Shown here in pieces: positions 20,967-31,225 of a DNA stretch of 64,000 nt. Position 1 is the stretch's first letter. Every line of letters starts with the position of its first letter. The position numbers and the translations under genes are program-made. A model generated the notes under the pieces. That model was not told the origin of the DNA. It saw only the letters and a program-made list of their open reading frames with translations, and did not search any database. Source of the DNA: a bacterium (lineage in GTDB: Bacteria; Zhuqueibacterota; Zhuqueibacteria; Residuimicrobiales; Krinioviventaceae); contig CAXXFV010000009.1 of assembly GCA_963674595.2 (NCBI GenBank), positions 32,001 to 96,000 of the forward strand. The letters are read 5' to 3'.

Positions 20967-23144
20967 ATGAAAGTTAAAAGTCTATATATAATACTGCTGG
21001 TTGTTATGGCGGTTGCGCCTTTTAGCCTGTCGCAGACATCTGCGGATGGCCCGGACTTGCCGCCGATTCTTGATACCTGGCTGGAATATACGGATGCTCA
21101 AAACTTTTTTTATCATTATATCAGCCATCAGGCACAGCACTTATTGCAGCAGCGCAGGGAGATGGTTTCGCAAATAAAAACAAAAGAACAATGGCAAGCG
21201 CGTCAGCAGGAAATCAGAAAGACCATAATTAAACTTGTGGGGCCGTTTCCCGAACGTACACCGTTAAATGCCCGAATTACAGGCAGAGTTGATAGTGCAA
21301 ATTACTATATCGAACATATTCTATTGGAACCACAACCTGAAAATTATATGTCAGCCTGCATGTTCATTCCCAAAGGTTTGACCGGTAAATTGCCGACAGT
21401 TATTTATTGCAGCGGCCATTCTCCGATTGGCTTTCGAAATCCGAAATATCAACATATTATTATGAACCTGGTGAAAAAGGGATTTATCGTCTTTGCTTTT
21501 GATCCCATGGGACAGGGGGAGAGGTTGATGTATGTCGATCCGGAGACCGGAGAATCCCTGGTTGGTCGCCCAACCCGGGAACATTCCTATCCCGGTGCAC
21601 AGTGCTTTTTAATCGGCAGCTCTGCTGCCCGTTATTATATCTGGGACGCCTTGCGGGCCATTGATTATGTCTATACAAGACCGGAAGTCGATACGACAAG
21701 AGTCGGTATGGCGGGTCGTTCCGGCGGCGGTACACAATCTGCTTATATCGCAGCGTTGGATAACCGGGTTGATGCTATTGCTACCGAGTGCTATATCACC
21801 AATTTTACACGCTTGTTTCAAACCCGCGGACCGCAGGATGCGGAGCAAAACTTTTTTCATGGAATTTTATCCGGGATCGATCATCCGGATTTGTTGACGG
21901 TCTGGGCGCCAAAACCATTGCTGATGATCTCTGCAACACGTGATTTTTTCAGCATTGAGGGTGTTCGCGAAACAGCACAGGATTTAACAAAGGTCTACCA
22001 GGCATTTGATGCTGAAGAAAGTTTTAGCAAAGTAGAGGATGATGCGGAACATGCGTCTACCAAAGCGAATCGTGAAGCATTGTATGCGTTTTTCCAAAAA
22101 TACTTGGATAATCCCGGCGATTGTACGGATACGGTAATTGACACCTTAACTCATGGAGAATTGCAGGTCACTCAAACCGGACAAATTCAGACATCAATGG
22201 GTGGTCGCACTGTTTTTGATATTAATCGTAAAGAGGCAAAGCAGGTTTTTGCGAAACGATCAAAAGAAATTGACGTTGCCAAAATTCGGCAAGCGGCAGC
22301 CTACTGGAATGGGTATCAGCCGCCGCCATCAGAACCAAATGTCGTTTATTGTGGTGCTTATAATCAGAGTGACATGCGCCTGGAGCGTTATTTTATGCAT
22401 GGTGATGGAGAGTATGTCATTCCGTTTTACATTATAAAACCGCTCACACGTGGACCCTATCCGGCAGCGCTTTACCTGCACCCGGACGGCAAGTCTGCTG
22501 CAGCCCGTCAATCGGTTGTAAAAAAACTTGTTGAGAATGGATTTGCTGTTGTTCTTCCCGATTTGTTGGGACGTGGTGAAGTCGGACCCGGTGTTCATCG
22601 TGGCGATGCCTATGAATACAAACAGGGAAATGCCAATTATAATCTTTGGTTTGGCGCCATTCAGATCGGTCGCAGTTTGGTGGGAATTCATGCCGGCGAT
22701 ATTAACAGCCTGATGCTGCACTTGCAGGCACGTGATGATATTCAGGATGATGCGGTTCGTGCAATTGGCGAAGAAACAATGGCGCCTGTCTTGTTACATG
22801 CGGCGGTTTTATCAAATAAATTTTGTGCTATAGATTTAATAAAACCACTTGGTTCCTATGAATCGCTGGTTATGAATAAATATTATATACCCAAATTCAT
22901 GTTGGCCGCTGTACCCGGCGGTTTAAAAGATTATGATCTTCCCGAATTATGTGCCGTACTAGCGCCGACACCCTTACGAATAATTAATCCGGTTAATAAT
23001 AATGATAAATACCTTTCAACCAAAGAAACAGAAAAACAGTATACAATTGTTAAAAAACACTATATGGAGAAAGGAGTTGCCTCAAATTTACAATTAAAAA
23101 CAGAATTAACGGATCAGGATATAGCTGATTTATTAGCCCATTGA
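20967..23144 (+). CDS. Acetylxylan esterase-like alpha/beta hydrolase, paralogue of 17846..20029
   Basis: DPMGQGER, GRSGGG and GPQDAEQ. Same architecture as the upstream paralogue. Confidence 0.8.
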   Translation: MKVKSLYIILLVVMAVAPFSLSQTSADGPDLPPILDTWLEYTDAQNFFYHYISHQAQHLLQQRREMVSQIKTKEQWQARQQEIRKTIIKLVGPFPERTPLNARITGRVDSANYYIEHILLEPQPENYMSACMFIPKGLTGKLPTVIYCSGHSPIGFRNPKYQHIIMNLVKKGFIVFAFDPMGQGERLMYVDPETGESLVGRPTREHSYPGAQCFLIGSSAARYYIWDALRAIDYVYTRPEVDTTRVGMAGRSGGGTQSAYIAALDNRVDAIATECYITNFTRLFQTRGPQDAEQNFFHGILSGIDHPDLLTVWAPKPLLMISATRDFFSIEGVRETAQDLTKVYQAFDAEESFSKVEDDAEHASTKANREALYAFFQKYLDNPGDCTDTVIDTLTHGELQVTQTGQIQTSMGGRTVFDINRKEAKQVFAKRSKEIDVAKIRQAAAYWNGYQPPPSEPNVVYCGAYNQSDMRLERYFMHGDGEYVIPFYIIKPLTRGPYPAALYLHPDGKSAAARQSVVKKLVENGFAVVLPDLLGRGEVGPGVHRGDAYEYKQGNANYNLWFGAIQIGRSLVGIHAGDINSLMLHLQARDDIQDDAVRAIGEETMAPVLLHAAVLSNKFCAIDLIKPLGSYESLVMNKYYIPKFMLAAVPGGLKDYDLPELCAVLAPTPLRIINPVNNNDKYLSTKETEKQYTIVKKHYMEKGVASNLQLKTELTDQDIADLLAH

Positions 23145-23222
23145 ATTTTATCTTCAATTAAAAGGTGAATTCATAATTAACCCAAACACTGAAATATAAA
23201 TATTAAAATTTAACTTAAAGTA

Positions 23223-24854
23223 ATGATTATGTCCAAATTATTTGTCAAGATATTCATCGCAGGAATTGTTTGTTTTTCATGCAATTATTCCAATAGTCGG
23301 GTTGACAGAAAAGCAACACCGATTAATATAATTCCGACTCCAACAGAGTTGAATGCTGCAAAAGGTACTTTCAAGTTAACTCCTGCTTCAGTTATTGTCG
23401 CAGAAGACAGTATAAAATACATTGCTGAATTTTTACAGGAAAAGCTCAAAGGCACCGGTTATAATATTCGTATTGTAAATGAAAATAAGGATTTTAAGAA
23501 TGTTATTTATTTCAAACCCAAAAATCCTTTTGATGAAAAGAACGGTCTGTCCTATCAATTAAATGTATCTTTAAAAAAGATTGTTATTTCAGCGGATGAG
23601 CCTTCCGGTTATTTTTATGCTGTTCAAACGTTGCTGCAACTATTTCCTCCTGAAATTTTAAGTAAAGATTCACACACAAGAAAAGAATGGTCCGTACCCT
23701 GTGTTGATATCAAGGATGCAGCGAAATATAATTGGCGCAGTTTTATGCTCGATTCCGGCAGACAGTTTCAAACGGTAGACTTTATAAAGCGTTACCTTGA
23801 CATTCTTGCAATGTTGAAAATTAATGTTTTTCACTGGCATTTAACAGAAGGTCAGGGATGGCGTATTGAAATAAAAAAATATCCAAAATTAACGGAAATA
23901 GGTTCCAAAGTAGCTGACGGTGAGGAACAACAGGGTTATTATACCTATGAGGACATTCGGGAGATCGTTGAATACGCAAAAAAACGATTTATTACAGTTG
24001 TTCCTGAAATTGACATTCCAGGCCATTCCGATGCTGCTTTAATCGCCTATCCGGAATTGACGTGTCAGAAACAGGCGCCAAAAGCAACTATGGGTGTTTC
24101 ACCTGTTTTATTTTGTGCCGGTAATGAAAAAACATATGAATTTTTACAAAACGTTTTAGATACGGTATGCGAACTTTTTCCCGGTGAATATATTCATCTC
24201 GGCGGAGATGAAGCGCCCAAGGCTATTTGGGACCAGTGCCCGGTTTGCCAAAATAAAATCAAACAATTGCATTTAAAAAATTCTGATGATTTGCAAAGAT
24301 ATTTTTCAAAACGTCTTGCCGATTATCTTGGCAAAAAAGGGAAAAAAGTTATTTTTTGGGGTGATGTTGTCTATGATGATGGAGAAACCCTGCCTGATAA
24401 TGTTATTGTATACTGGTGGAATTCACGCGGTCATGGAGATTTGGCCTATAAAAATGCCATAAAACGCGGACATTCTGTGATATGCGGAACCAATGCATAC
24501 TGTTATTTAAACTATCCGGTTGTACCCTGGTCTAAGTATGATTCAACCCGAACATTTGATTTTAAAACGGTTTATGAAAAAAATCCTTCTGATATTTTAG
24601 TACCTAATGATCTTGTCATGGGCATGGGGTGTTGCCTGTGGACGGATTGGTATGTAAAAATGGATATGATCGATCAGCGTGTTTTTCCGCGTATCTATGC
24701 CCTTGCTGAACAAATGTGGCACGTTGGTGAGCGTCTTACCTTGGATGAATTTTATATGCAGGTTAAAAGCACCTATGATCGTTTGAAAATACTTGGCATT
24801 GATTATGGCCCGGCTTTCGCCAATGAAGTTCCGGACGGTTACAAGTGGGATTGA
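23223..24854 (+). CDS. GH20 beta-N-acetylhexosaminidase, probable lipoprotein
   Basis: WRSFMLDSGR, FHWHL, PEIDIPGH, HLGGDE catalytic motif and FPR..ALAE. Confidence 0.92.
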   Translation: MIMSKLFVKIFIAGIVCFSCNYSNSRVDRKATPINIIPTPTELNAAKGTFKLTPASVIVAEDSIKYIAEFLQEKLKGTGYNIRIVNENKDFKNVIYFKPKNPFDEKNGLSYQLNVSLKKIVISADEPSGYFYAVQTLLQLFPPEILSKDSHTRKEWSVPCVDIKDAAKYNWRSFMLDSGRQFQTVDFIKRYLDILAMLKINVFHWHLTEGQGWRIEIKKYPKLTEIGSKVADGEEQQGYYTYEDIREIVEYAKKRFITVVPEIDIPGHSDAALIAYPELTCQKQAPKATMGVSPVLFCAGNEKTYEFLQNVLDTVCELFPGEYIHLGGDEAPKAIWDQCPVCQNKIKQLHLKNSDDLQRYFSKRLADYLGKKGKKVIFWGDVVYDDGETLPDNVIVYWWNSRGHGDLAYKNAIKRGHSVICGTNAYCYLNYPVVPWSKYDSTRTFDFKTVYEKNPSDILVPNDLVMGMGCCLWTDWYVKMDMIDQRVFPRIYALAEQMWHVGERLTLDEFYMQVKSTYDRLKILGIDYGPAFANEVPDGYKWD

Positions 24855-24930
24855 TTCAATTTATATAAGGAAATGAATTTAAATCAAGTTAAACATTGAT
24901 AATAAATATTAACTATTATGGAGATGAAAT

Positions 24931-26052
24931 ATGACGGATTTAGTTCAAAGAAAATGCAATATTGGTAATGGACAAGAATTTCTGGTTGATATCAATAATC
25001 CTGTTGTCAGGTTTCCCGGAAATCCCGTTATAAAAGCTTCGGATATAAACAACTCATGGCCAAATCCTGCCCATAAAGTAATGACGACGCATAATGCCGG
25101 TGCAACAATTTATAATGGTGAAACTATATTGCTTTATCGTTCACACTTGCGTTGTGGTATGAGCATTCTTGGAATGGGTAAAAGTAAAAATGGTCTTACT
25201 GACTGGAATTTATATGACGGACCGGTTTTAACACCCTGTTCAAAGGACAGTGATTTTGCCCCGGGTGTAGATATTGATACCCTGATCGAAAATGAAGAAG
25301 GCGGCCTCGAAGATCCCCGTATTACAAAGTTTGGTGATGAATATGCGATCACCTACAGTGCCTATCATGCAATGGTCGAAGACCGGGTTCGGGTTTCTTT
25401 AATAACTACCAAAGATTTCAAGTCTTTTAAACGATTTGGACCGGTGATGAATTTAGATATGCGAAACGTAGTCCTTTTCCCGGAAAAGATTAACAATAAA
25501 TATGTTGCATTGTTTCGCCCTAATGACGTTTCTGAGAATGAAACAGGTGGTAAATACACACAAATAAGAATTGGTTATTCTGACGATTGGAAATCAAACG
25601 AATGGGAAATGGAAGAGACACCCGTTATGCAAACCGGTTTTGGACCAAGCGCTTTTTCCAACAAAATTGGTCCGTGCGCTCCACCAATCAAAACAGAAAA
25701 GGGATGGTTGAATATTTTTCATGGCGTGCGTACTACCATGGACGGCAATCCTTATGTTTTAGCAGTGGCATTGCACGATTTGAATGAACCCAGTAAAGTT
25801 AAAATGTGCAGTATACCGATTCTTTTTCCGACTCATGCGGATTGTAATGTTAATCAGGATGAATATATACACGTACCCCATGCTGTTTTCTGTTGTGGCG
25901 CTGTTCCTAAAGATGATGGTTCAATATTCATTTATTATGGTGGTAACGATACGGTCATGAATGTTGGTATAACGCATGTGGATGTTCTGTGTGAAATGTG
26001 TGAACGTTTCCCTCAGGATGCCCACAACGGACGTTTATTATATGAAATTTAG
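24931..26052 (+). CDS. GH130 beta-mannoside phosphorylase/glycosidase
   Basis: HNAGA, EDPRIT, RNVVLFPEKIN, PPIKTEKGWL.IFHGV and IYYGG motifs. Confidence 0.88.
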   Translation: MTDLVQRKCNIGNGQEFLVDINNPVVRFPGNPVIKASDINNSWPNPAHKVMTTHNAGATIYNGETILLYRSHLRCGMSILGMGKSKNGLTDWNLYDGPVLTPCSKDSDFAPGVDIDTLIENEEGGLEDPRITKFGDEYAITYSAYHAMVEDRVRVSLITTKDFKSFKRFGPVMNLDMRNVVLFPEKINNKYVALFRPNDVSENETGGKYTQIRIGYSDDWKSNEWEMEETPVMQTGFGPSAFSNKIGPCAPPIKTEKGWLNIFHGVRTTMDGNPYVLAVALHDLNEPSKVKMCSIPILFPTHADCNVNQDEYIHVPHAVFCCGAVPKDDGSIFIYYGGNDTVMNVGITHVDVLCEMCERFPQDAHNGRLLYEI

Positions 26053-26091
26053 TTGTGATACAATATTATACTATTTAGAAAGGTAAATATT

Positions 26092-26973
26092 ATGAAGAAA
26101 AAACATATTATGTTGGCCGTATTGGTTTTTGGTTTAATCATGTTGTTTGGATGTGCTGAAAAAGTTGAACAAACACCCTTCCGTGTTATGACTTTTAACG
26201 TTCGTTTGAATACGCCAAACGATGGTGACAATGCATGGCCGAACCGCAAAGATATTGCTACAAGTATGGTTCGTTTTTATGATGCGGATATTTTCGGTGT
26301 TCAGGAAGCACTTAAAGATCAGATGGATGATTTGACCGAACGACTACCCGATTATGGCTGGTATGGTGTTGGCCGTGATGACGGTAAAGATGCCGGTGAG
26401 TTTATGTCCGTATTTTATAAAAAAGACCGATTTGAAGCTATAAAGGACTCTACCTTTTGGTTGTCCGAAACACCGGATAGTGTATCAAAAGGATGGGATG
26501 CCAGGTGCTTTCGCGTTGTGACCGTGATGGAATTTAAAGATAAAATGACAGGCAAGATATTTTATCTGTTCAATACTCATTTTGATCATATGGGCCAGGT
26601 TGCGCGAAGAGAAAGTGCAAATTTACTTTTAAAAAGCGTGAAACAAATTGCCGGAGACTTGCCGGTTATTATAACGGGTGATTTTAATTCGAGTCCTGAA
26701 TCCGAACCATACAAGATATTGACTCAAGGCTTACCGGATGATTCGGCGAGTAAAGTTATAGATTCAAAACTGGTTTCAAAATATCCGCATCATGGACCGA
26801 GTGGTACGATAACTCGTTTTGAGTCGGCAAATTTGCCGGATAATTGGGCTATCGATCACATTTTTATTAAAAACAATGTATCCGTCATTCGACACGGTAC
26901 ATTATCAGATACATTTGACGGACGTTTCCCGAGCGACCACATGCTGGTATTGGCAGAGGTGCTGGTTTTTTAA
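26092..26973 (+). CDS. EEP-family lipoprotein
   Basis: Lipobox LFGC. MTFNVR, GVQE, NTHFDH, GDFN and PSDH motifs. Confidence 0.9.
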   Translation: MKKKHIMLAVLVFGLIMLFGCAEKVEQTPFRVMTFNVRLNTPNDGDNAWPNRKDIATSMVRFYDADIFGVQEALKDQMDDLTERLPDYGWYGVGRDDGKDAGEFMSVFYKKDRFEAIKDSTFWLSETPDSVSKGWDARCFRVVTVMEFKDKMTGKIFYLFNTHFDHMGQVARRESANLLLKSVKQIAGDLPVIITGDFNSSPESEPYKILTQGLPDDSASKVIDSKLVSKYPHHGPSGTITRFESANLPDNWAIDHIFIKNNVSVIRHGTLSDTFDGRFPSDHMLVLAEVLVF

Positions 26974-27142
26974 AATACTTTTTAAACCTGTTAATTTAAC
27001 AGGACAATTAGTTCATTACCATTTTTAGTATTTTTCTGTTTACAAATAAATAATTAACCAATGATTTTTTACGAATGTTTTGAATTTATTATGAATGATA
27101 CAAGCTTCCAAACCATAAAAATAAAAAAGAAAGGGTGCGATT

Positions 27143-27523
27143 ATGAAAACATTCAAAAAAGCATTATTTGTCGGCATATTATTATTATTGGTTATTTCTA
27201 CATTTGCCTTAGCAGAAACTAGTCCTTCCATAACCATAATGACGGATTCAATTTATGGAACGGAAGATTTTTCTTCTACCGTAGAATTGGATGCAGGTAC
27301 ATATAACTTTAATGCGTCTATTTCCGATTGGGTAGAAGATTGGGCGTGGGCTGAATTGTGGAATGCGGATACGAATACTATGGTGGAATCCCTGTTTATC
27401 TGGGCCGCTAATTGTTATGAGGATTCGGATTTATATTTAGCTGCAGGCCATTACTATATCAGGCTGGAAGCTGTATCCGGTAAAGGTCAGATGATATGGT
27501 GCAGTGCCGGAGTAAGTTGGTAA
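27143..27523 (+). CDS. Small secreted hypothetical protein, acidic and Trp-rich
   Basis: RBS-like AAAGGG, signal peptide ending ALA, two LxAGxY motifs. Confidence 0.75.
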   Translation: MKTFKKALFVGILLLLVISTFALAETSPSITIMTDSIYGTEDFSSTVELDAGTYNFNASISDWVEDWAWAELWNADTNTMVESLFIWAANCYEDSDLYLAAGHYYIRLEAVSGKGQMIWCSAGVSW

Positions 27524-27563
27524 TGTATTAATAAATTAAAATAATAAATGGTTTGGAAGGTCG

Positions 27564-27602
27564 GCCGGGGGGGGATAATCCCCCGGCTATTTGTTTTATT
27601 TT
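27564..27602 (+). terminator. Intrinsic terminator
   Basis: GCCGGGGG...CCCCCGGC stem followed by TATTTGTTTTATTTT. Confidence 0.8.
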
Positions 27603-27712
27603 GTAAAAAAAGAGTGTTTTATTTGTTTAAAATCAGTATTTATAAGAAAGCTAAGTATCTTAAATAAAAAGATGTTGTCCATGTTTATTTCACTGTATTA
27701 TGGAGGGTTTTA

Positions 27713-29143
27713 GTGATGAACATTAAAAGAACTTTATTCGCTTTGTTGTTTGCTGTTTGTGTAATAGCAAGTTGTAAAAATGATTCTAATGAACTTGTCG
27801 GTGTTGTTAACAAACCTCCGGAAATTAAAAGCATCAATGCAGAGCCTGCTCAGATTGGTATAAACCAATCATCAACGCTCTCTGTAAATGCAACGGATGA
27901 TAATAAAGATGAATTGACCTATTTGTGGACTACAAATGGCGGCTGCTTTTTACAAGGAAGTGACAGAAAATATGCCATGTGGAAAGCTCCAACTGAATTG
28001 GGCCGTTATGAATGTCTGGTTACAGTGAGTGACGGCGCTGAGCAAGTTCAAAAGAGCATCTCAGTCGATGTCATTGATGTTCCAGTTTTAAAAGTGTCGC
28101 ATACAGTAATAGACTTTAGTTACAATCTTTTAACGCAGACTTTTGAGATTGAAAATAACGGCAATGTTGAATTAGACTGGACGGTTCAAACAAAATCAAA
28201 CTGGATAACAATAACCCCTGCGAACGGAACAACGACGGATGAATCGGACAAGATAACCGTAACAATTGATAAGACCAATCTTATGGCCGGAGAGTTTATA
28301 GGAGTCATTGGCGTCAAATCAAATGGTGGAAATCGCGATATTCTTCTCTCCGGTTCCAAGTTTATTAAACCGGAAATGGTGTATGTCCCTGCTGGTGAAT
28401 ATACGATTGGAAGTGACGATGGCGACGAGGCTGATGGACCGGTCCATACAGTCTCTCTTGAGGGGTTTTGGATCGATAAATACGAAGTAACATATTTGGA
28501 ATATGTAGAGTTTTTGAATGACCTTTTTAGAAAAGGAGAGTTAGAGGTTGGAGACTGTCTGAATGGAAAGGGTGTTAAACGCGATGATAAGTGGTTGTTA
28601 AGTTATTATAATGTATTTTTCGAACCTGTAGGTGTTGACAGTCCTATTGATTTTGAGGATTTAACTTTTACTGTTGAGCGTGGTTATGAAAATCACCCGG
28701 TTCAATTCGTAACCTGGTATGGAGCCCAGGCCTTTGCAGAGTATCATAACAAACGTTTACCGACTGAGGCTGAATGGGAAGTAGCTGCCAGGGGCAGGGA
28801 TGCTTTCATTTATCCCTGGGGTGAAACTGATCCGAACCATTATATTTGTAATGCTAACGACAAAATTAAAGCACCGACAATGGTCGGCAGTTATAGCCCT
28901 TCGGGTGACAGTCCCTTTGGATGTTGTGATATGGCCGGAAATGTATTTGAATGGTGCAGCAGTCTTTTTATAAGTTATCCCTATGATGCTTCGGACGGCC
29001 GGGAAGATTTATCGAGCACTGATTATCGTTGTATAAGAGGCGGTTCTTTTGACGCGCCTTATATGGCAGTCAAGTGCTCTGCACGTTCATATAATGCACC
29101 TGATTTTTTTCACATTAGTTATGGTTTTAGGTGTGCAAAATAA
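27713..29143 (+). CDS. Lipoprotein with Ig-like/BACON domains and a C-terminal FGE-sulfatase (C-type-lectin fold) domain
   Basis: Lipobox IASC. IDKYEVT, HPVQFVTW, RLPTEAEWE.AARG, DMAGNVFEW, RGGSF and GFRC motifs. Confidence 0.9.
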   Translation: MMNIKRTLFALLFAVCVIASCKNDSNELVGVVNKPPEIKSINAEPAQIGINQSSTLSVNATDDNKDELTYLWTTNGGCFLQGSDRKYAMWKAPTELGRYECLVTVSDGAEQVQKSISVDVIDVPVLKVSHTVIDFSYNLLTQTFEIENNGNVELDWTVQTKSNWITITPANGTTTDESDKITVTIDKTNLMAGEFIGVIGVKSNGGNRDILLSGSKFIKPEMVYVPAGEYTIGSDDGDEADGPVHTVSLEGFWIDKYEVTYLEYVEFLNDLFRKGELEVGDCLNGKGVKRDDKWLLSYYNVFFEPVGVDSPIDFEDLTFTVERGYENHPVQFVTWYGAQAFAEYHNKRLPTEAEWEVAARGRDAFIYPWGETDPNHYICNANDKIKAPTMVGSYSPSGDSPFGCCDMAGNVFEWCSSLFISYPYDASDGREDLSSTDYRCIRGGSFDAPYMAVKCSARSYNAPDFFHISYGFRCAK

Positions 29144-29212
29144 ACTAGTAATTAGAAACTAACTGTATAATTATATTTAAAATGAATTCGATTATGGAAA
29201 GGAAAGGAAACA

Positions 29213-30724
29213 ATGCATGGAGTTGATCTGTTTATTGTTATTGCGTATCTAACGGCTATACCTGCTTTTGGTTTTTATTTTCGAAAGTTTATAAAAACAG
29301 ATCAGGATTATTTTTTAGCCGGCAGAATGCTGCCCTGGTGGGTTATCAGTATGTCTATTATCGGCACTCAAGTTGGCGCCACAGATTATGTGGGTGCGGC
29401 CGGTGGTGCTTACCGGTTTGGTATTGCTCAGGCACACTATGAATGGATCGGTGCGCTTCCGGCAATGGTAATTTCTGCATTACTATTTATACCATATTAC
29501 TGGAAAGCCGGTGTCTATACCGTACCCGAATTTTTAGGTAGACGTTACAACTCTACTGTTCGGCTTGTTCAGGCGGTATTGTGGGCATCCTGGTTGATCT
29601 TTTTTTTAGGTGTTTTATTCTGGACCAGCGGGTTAATGCTGAATGAATATCTGGGGCTTCCCTTATGGTTGGGTTTATTGATAACGGCAACCATTGTAGG
29701 TGCTTATACCATTACAGGGGGGTTGGCGGCAGTAGCAATGACGGACGTCATTCAAACAGTTATTATGTATATTGGTGGAATTGCTTTATCAGCCTTGGGT
29801 TTGTGGGTTATCGGAGGATGGTCCGGGCTTGTCAGCAAAGTAACACCAACACATCCAAATCACCTGAAACTGTTTTTGCCGCTCGACCATTCAACCTATC
29901 CCTGGTTGGGAGTACTGTTAGGTTTGGCCTTTGTCATGGCGCCTGCATGGTGGTGTTGTAACCAGGCAATGATTCAACGAACCCTGGGTGCCAGATCAGA
30001 ATGGGACGCTAAAGCAGGGATGATCTTTGCAATGTTTCCTAAAATGCTTATCCCCTTCATTACTGTTTTACCAGGACTTATTGCTCTGTCTTTAAATCCG
30101 GAACTTGTCGGTGTAGATATGGATAAAGCCTATCCCTGGCTGATTAAAACACTATTGCCGACCGGACTTGCCGGATTGGTTTTTGCCTCATTTATGGCAG
30201 CACTCATTTCAAGTGTCGATTCAATTATCAATTCTGCAGCAACAATAATAACCTGGGATATTTATAAACGATATTTTGTTCAGGATGGCAGCAGTAAACA
30301 TTACCTGAATGTCGGCCGAATAATGACACTGGCATTTATTATTCTAGCCATAATTTTAGCGCCATTAACAAAATTATTCCCCGGTATTTTTGTCGCTGGT
30401 GCCACCATGTTGTCAATATTTCAGGGACCAACTTTTGGCATTACGTTGATAGGAATTTACTGGCGTCGATCAACACAATGGGGAGGCCTGGCCGGCTTAA
30501 TCGGTGGTGTAATAGTTTCCAGTATTTTATTTTTTGGTATTCATTGGAAATTTTTGTATATCGCCTGGTGGTCATTTGTAGCTTCCGTTATTATCAACTT
30601 TATAGTAAGCTGGTTGACAAAACCTGATCCTGTTGAAAAATTATACGGATTGGTTTATGGCCTGGTTATGCAAGATGATGATATTCAAAATGTTTTAAAC
30701 GATCGACTTGAAGGAGATAAATAA
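29213..30724 (+). CDS. Sodium:solute symporter (SSS family)
   Basis: DYFLAGR, TVPEFLGRRY, YTITGGLAAVAMTDVIQ and AALISSVDS motifs. Confidence 0.93.
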   Translation: MHGVDLFIVIAYLTAIPAFGFYFRKFIKTDQDYFLAGRMLPWWVISMSIIGTQVGATDYVGAAGGAYRFGIAQAHYEWIGALPAMVISALLFIPYYWKAGVYTVPEFLGRRYNSTVRLVQAVLWASWLIFFLGVLFWTSGLMLNEYLGLPLWLGLLITATIVGAYTITGGLAAVAMTDVIQTVIMYIGGIALSALGLWVIGGWSGLVSKVTPTHPNHLKLFLPLDHSTYPWLGVLLGLAFVMAPAWWCCNQAMIQRTLGARSEWDAKAGMIFAMFPKMLIPFITVLPGLIALSLNPELVGVDMDKAYPWLIKTLLPTGLAGLVFASFMAALISSVDSIINSAATIITWDIYKRYFVQDGSSKHYLNVGRIMTLAFIILAIILAPLTKLFPGIFVAGATMLSIFQGPTFGITLIGIYWRRSTQWGGLAGLIGGVIVSSILFFGIHWKFLYIAWWSFVASVIINFIVSWLTKPDPVEKLYGLVYGLVMQDDDIQNVLNDRLEGDK

Positions 30725-30932
30725 ATGAAAGAATGGTTGAATAATATTCCATTGTTTTGGGCCCAGGTAATTGCTGTTATTACTTTTATTAGTGTCATTA
30801 TCTGGACCTGGTTCAGACCAAAAAAATATATTTATAAAGATGCTCCAAGTCAAAAAACTTTGGAGAGATTTAAGAGTTTGGGTTACAATATTTATGTTTT
30901 TTCAAATAGTTGCTTATTTGTATTTTGGTTGA
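30725..30932 (+). pseudogene. Small two-TM protein, apparently frameshifted at the A6 run 30852-30857
   Basis: Removing one A gives ...APSQKLWRDLRVWVTIFMFFQIVAYLYFG with a TGA stop at 30930-30932, restoring a clean second TM helix. Probably an assembly indel. Confidence 0.6.
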
Positions 30933-30971
30933 GTTTAGGTTAAATATATTTTATTAAGATTGAGGAAAATT

Positions 30972-31187
30972 ATGAGTGAAACAAGTGAAAATAAAAACCA
31001 ATTTAACCCGTTAACCGTTATGGGAGTGTTTTGGTTTTCTTTCGGGGTTATTGTTTTGTTTGCTACAATTTTTATTAAGGAAACCCCTTATGTACCTATG
31101 ATAGCCAGCGTTATTACAAATTTACTGGCTGGTTCAATTTTATTTGGTGCCGGATTGTTATGTTTGTGGAAAGCTAAAAAACAATAG
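30972..31187 (+). CDS. Small two-TM membrane protein associated with the symporter
   Basis: GAGG RBS before the ATG at 30972 and two hydrophobic helices. Confidence 0.7.
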   Translation: MSETSENKNQFNPLTVMGVFWFSFGVIVLFATIFIKETPYVPMIASVITNLLAGSILFGAGLLCLWKAKKQ

Positions 31188-31225
31188 TGATTCATCGATT
31201 TGATAATATAATTTAAGGAGTAATA

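Noticed and set aside
28900-29143. FGE-sulfatase C-terminus as a diversity-generating retroelement target
   Set aside because: The fold is a common DGR target, but I found no template repeat or reverse transcriptase in the window. A remote DGR cannot be excluded.
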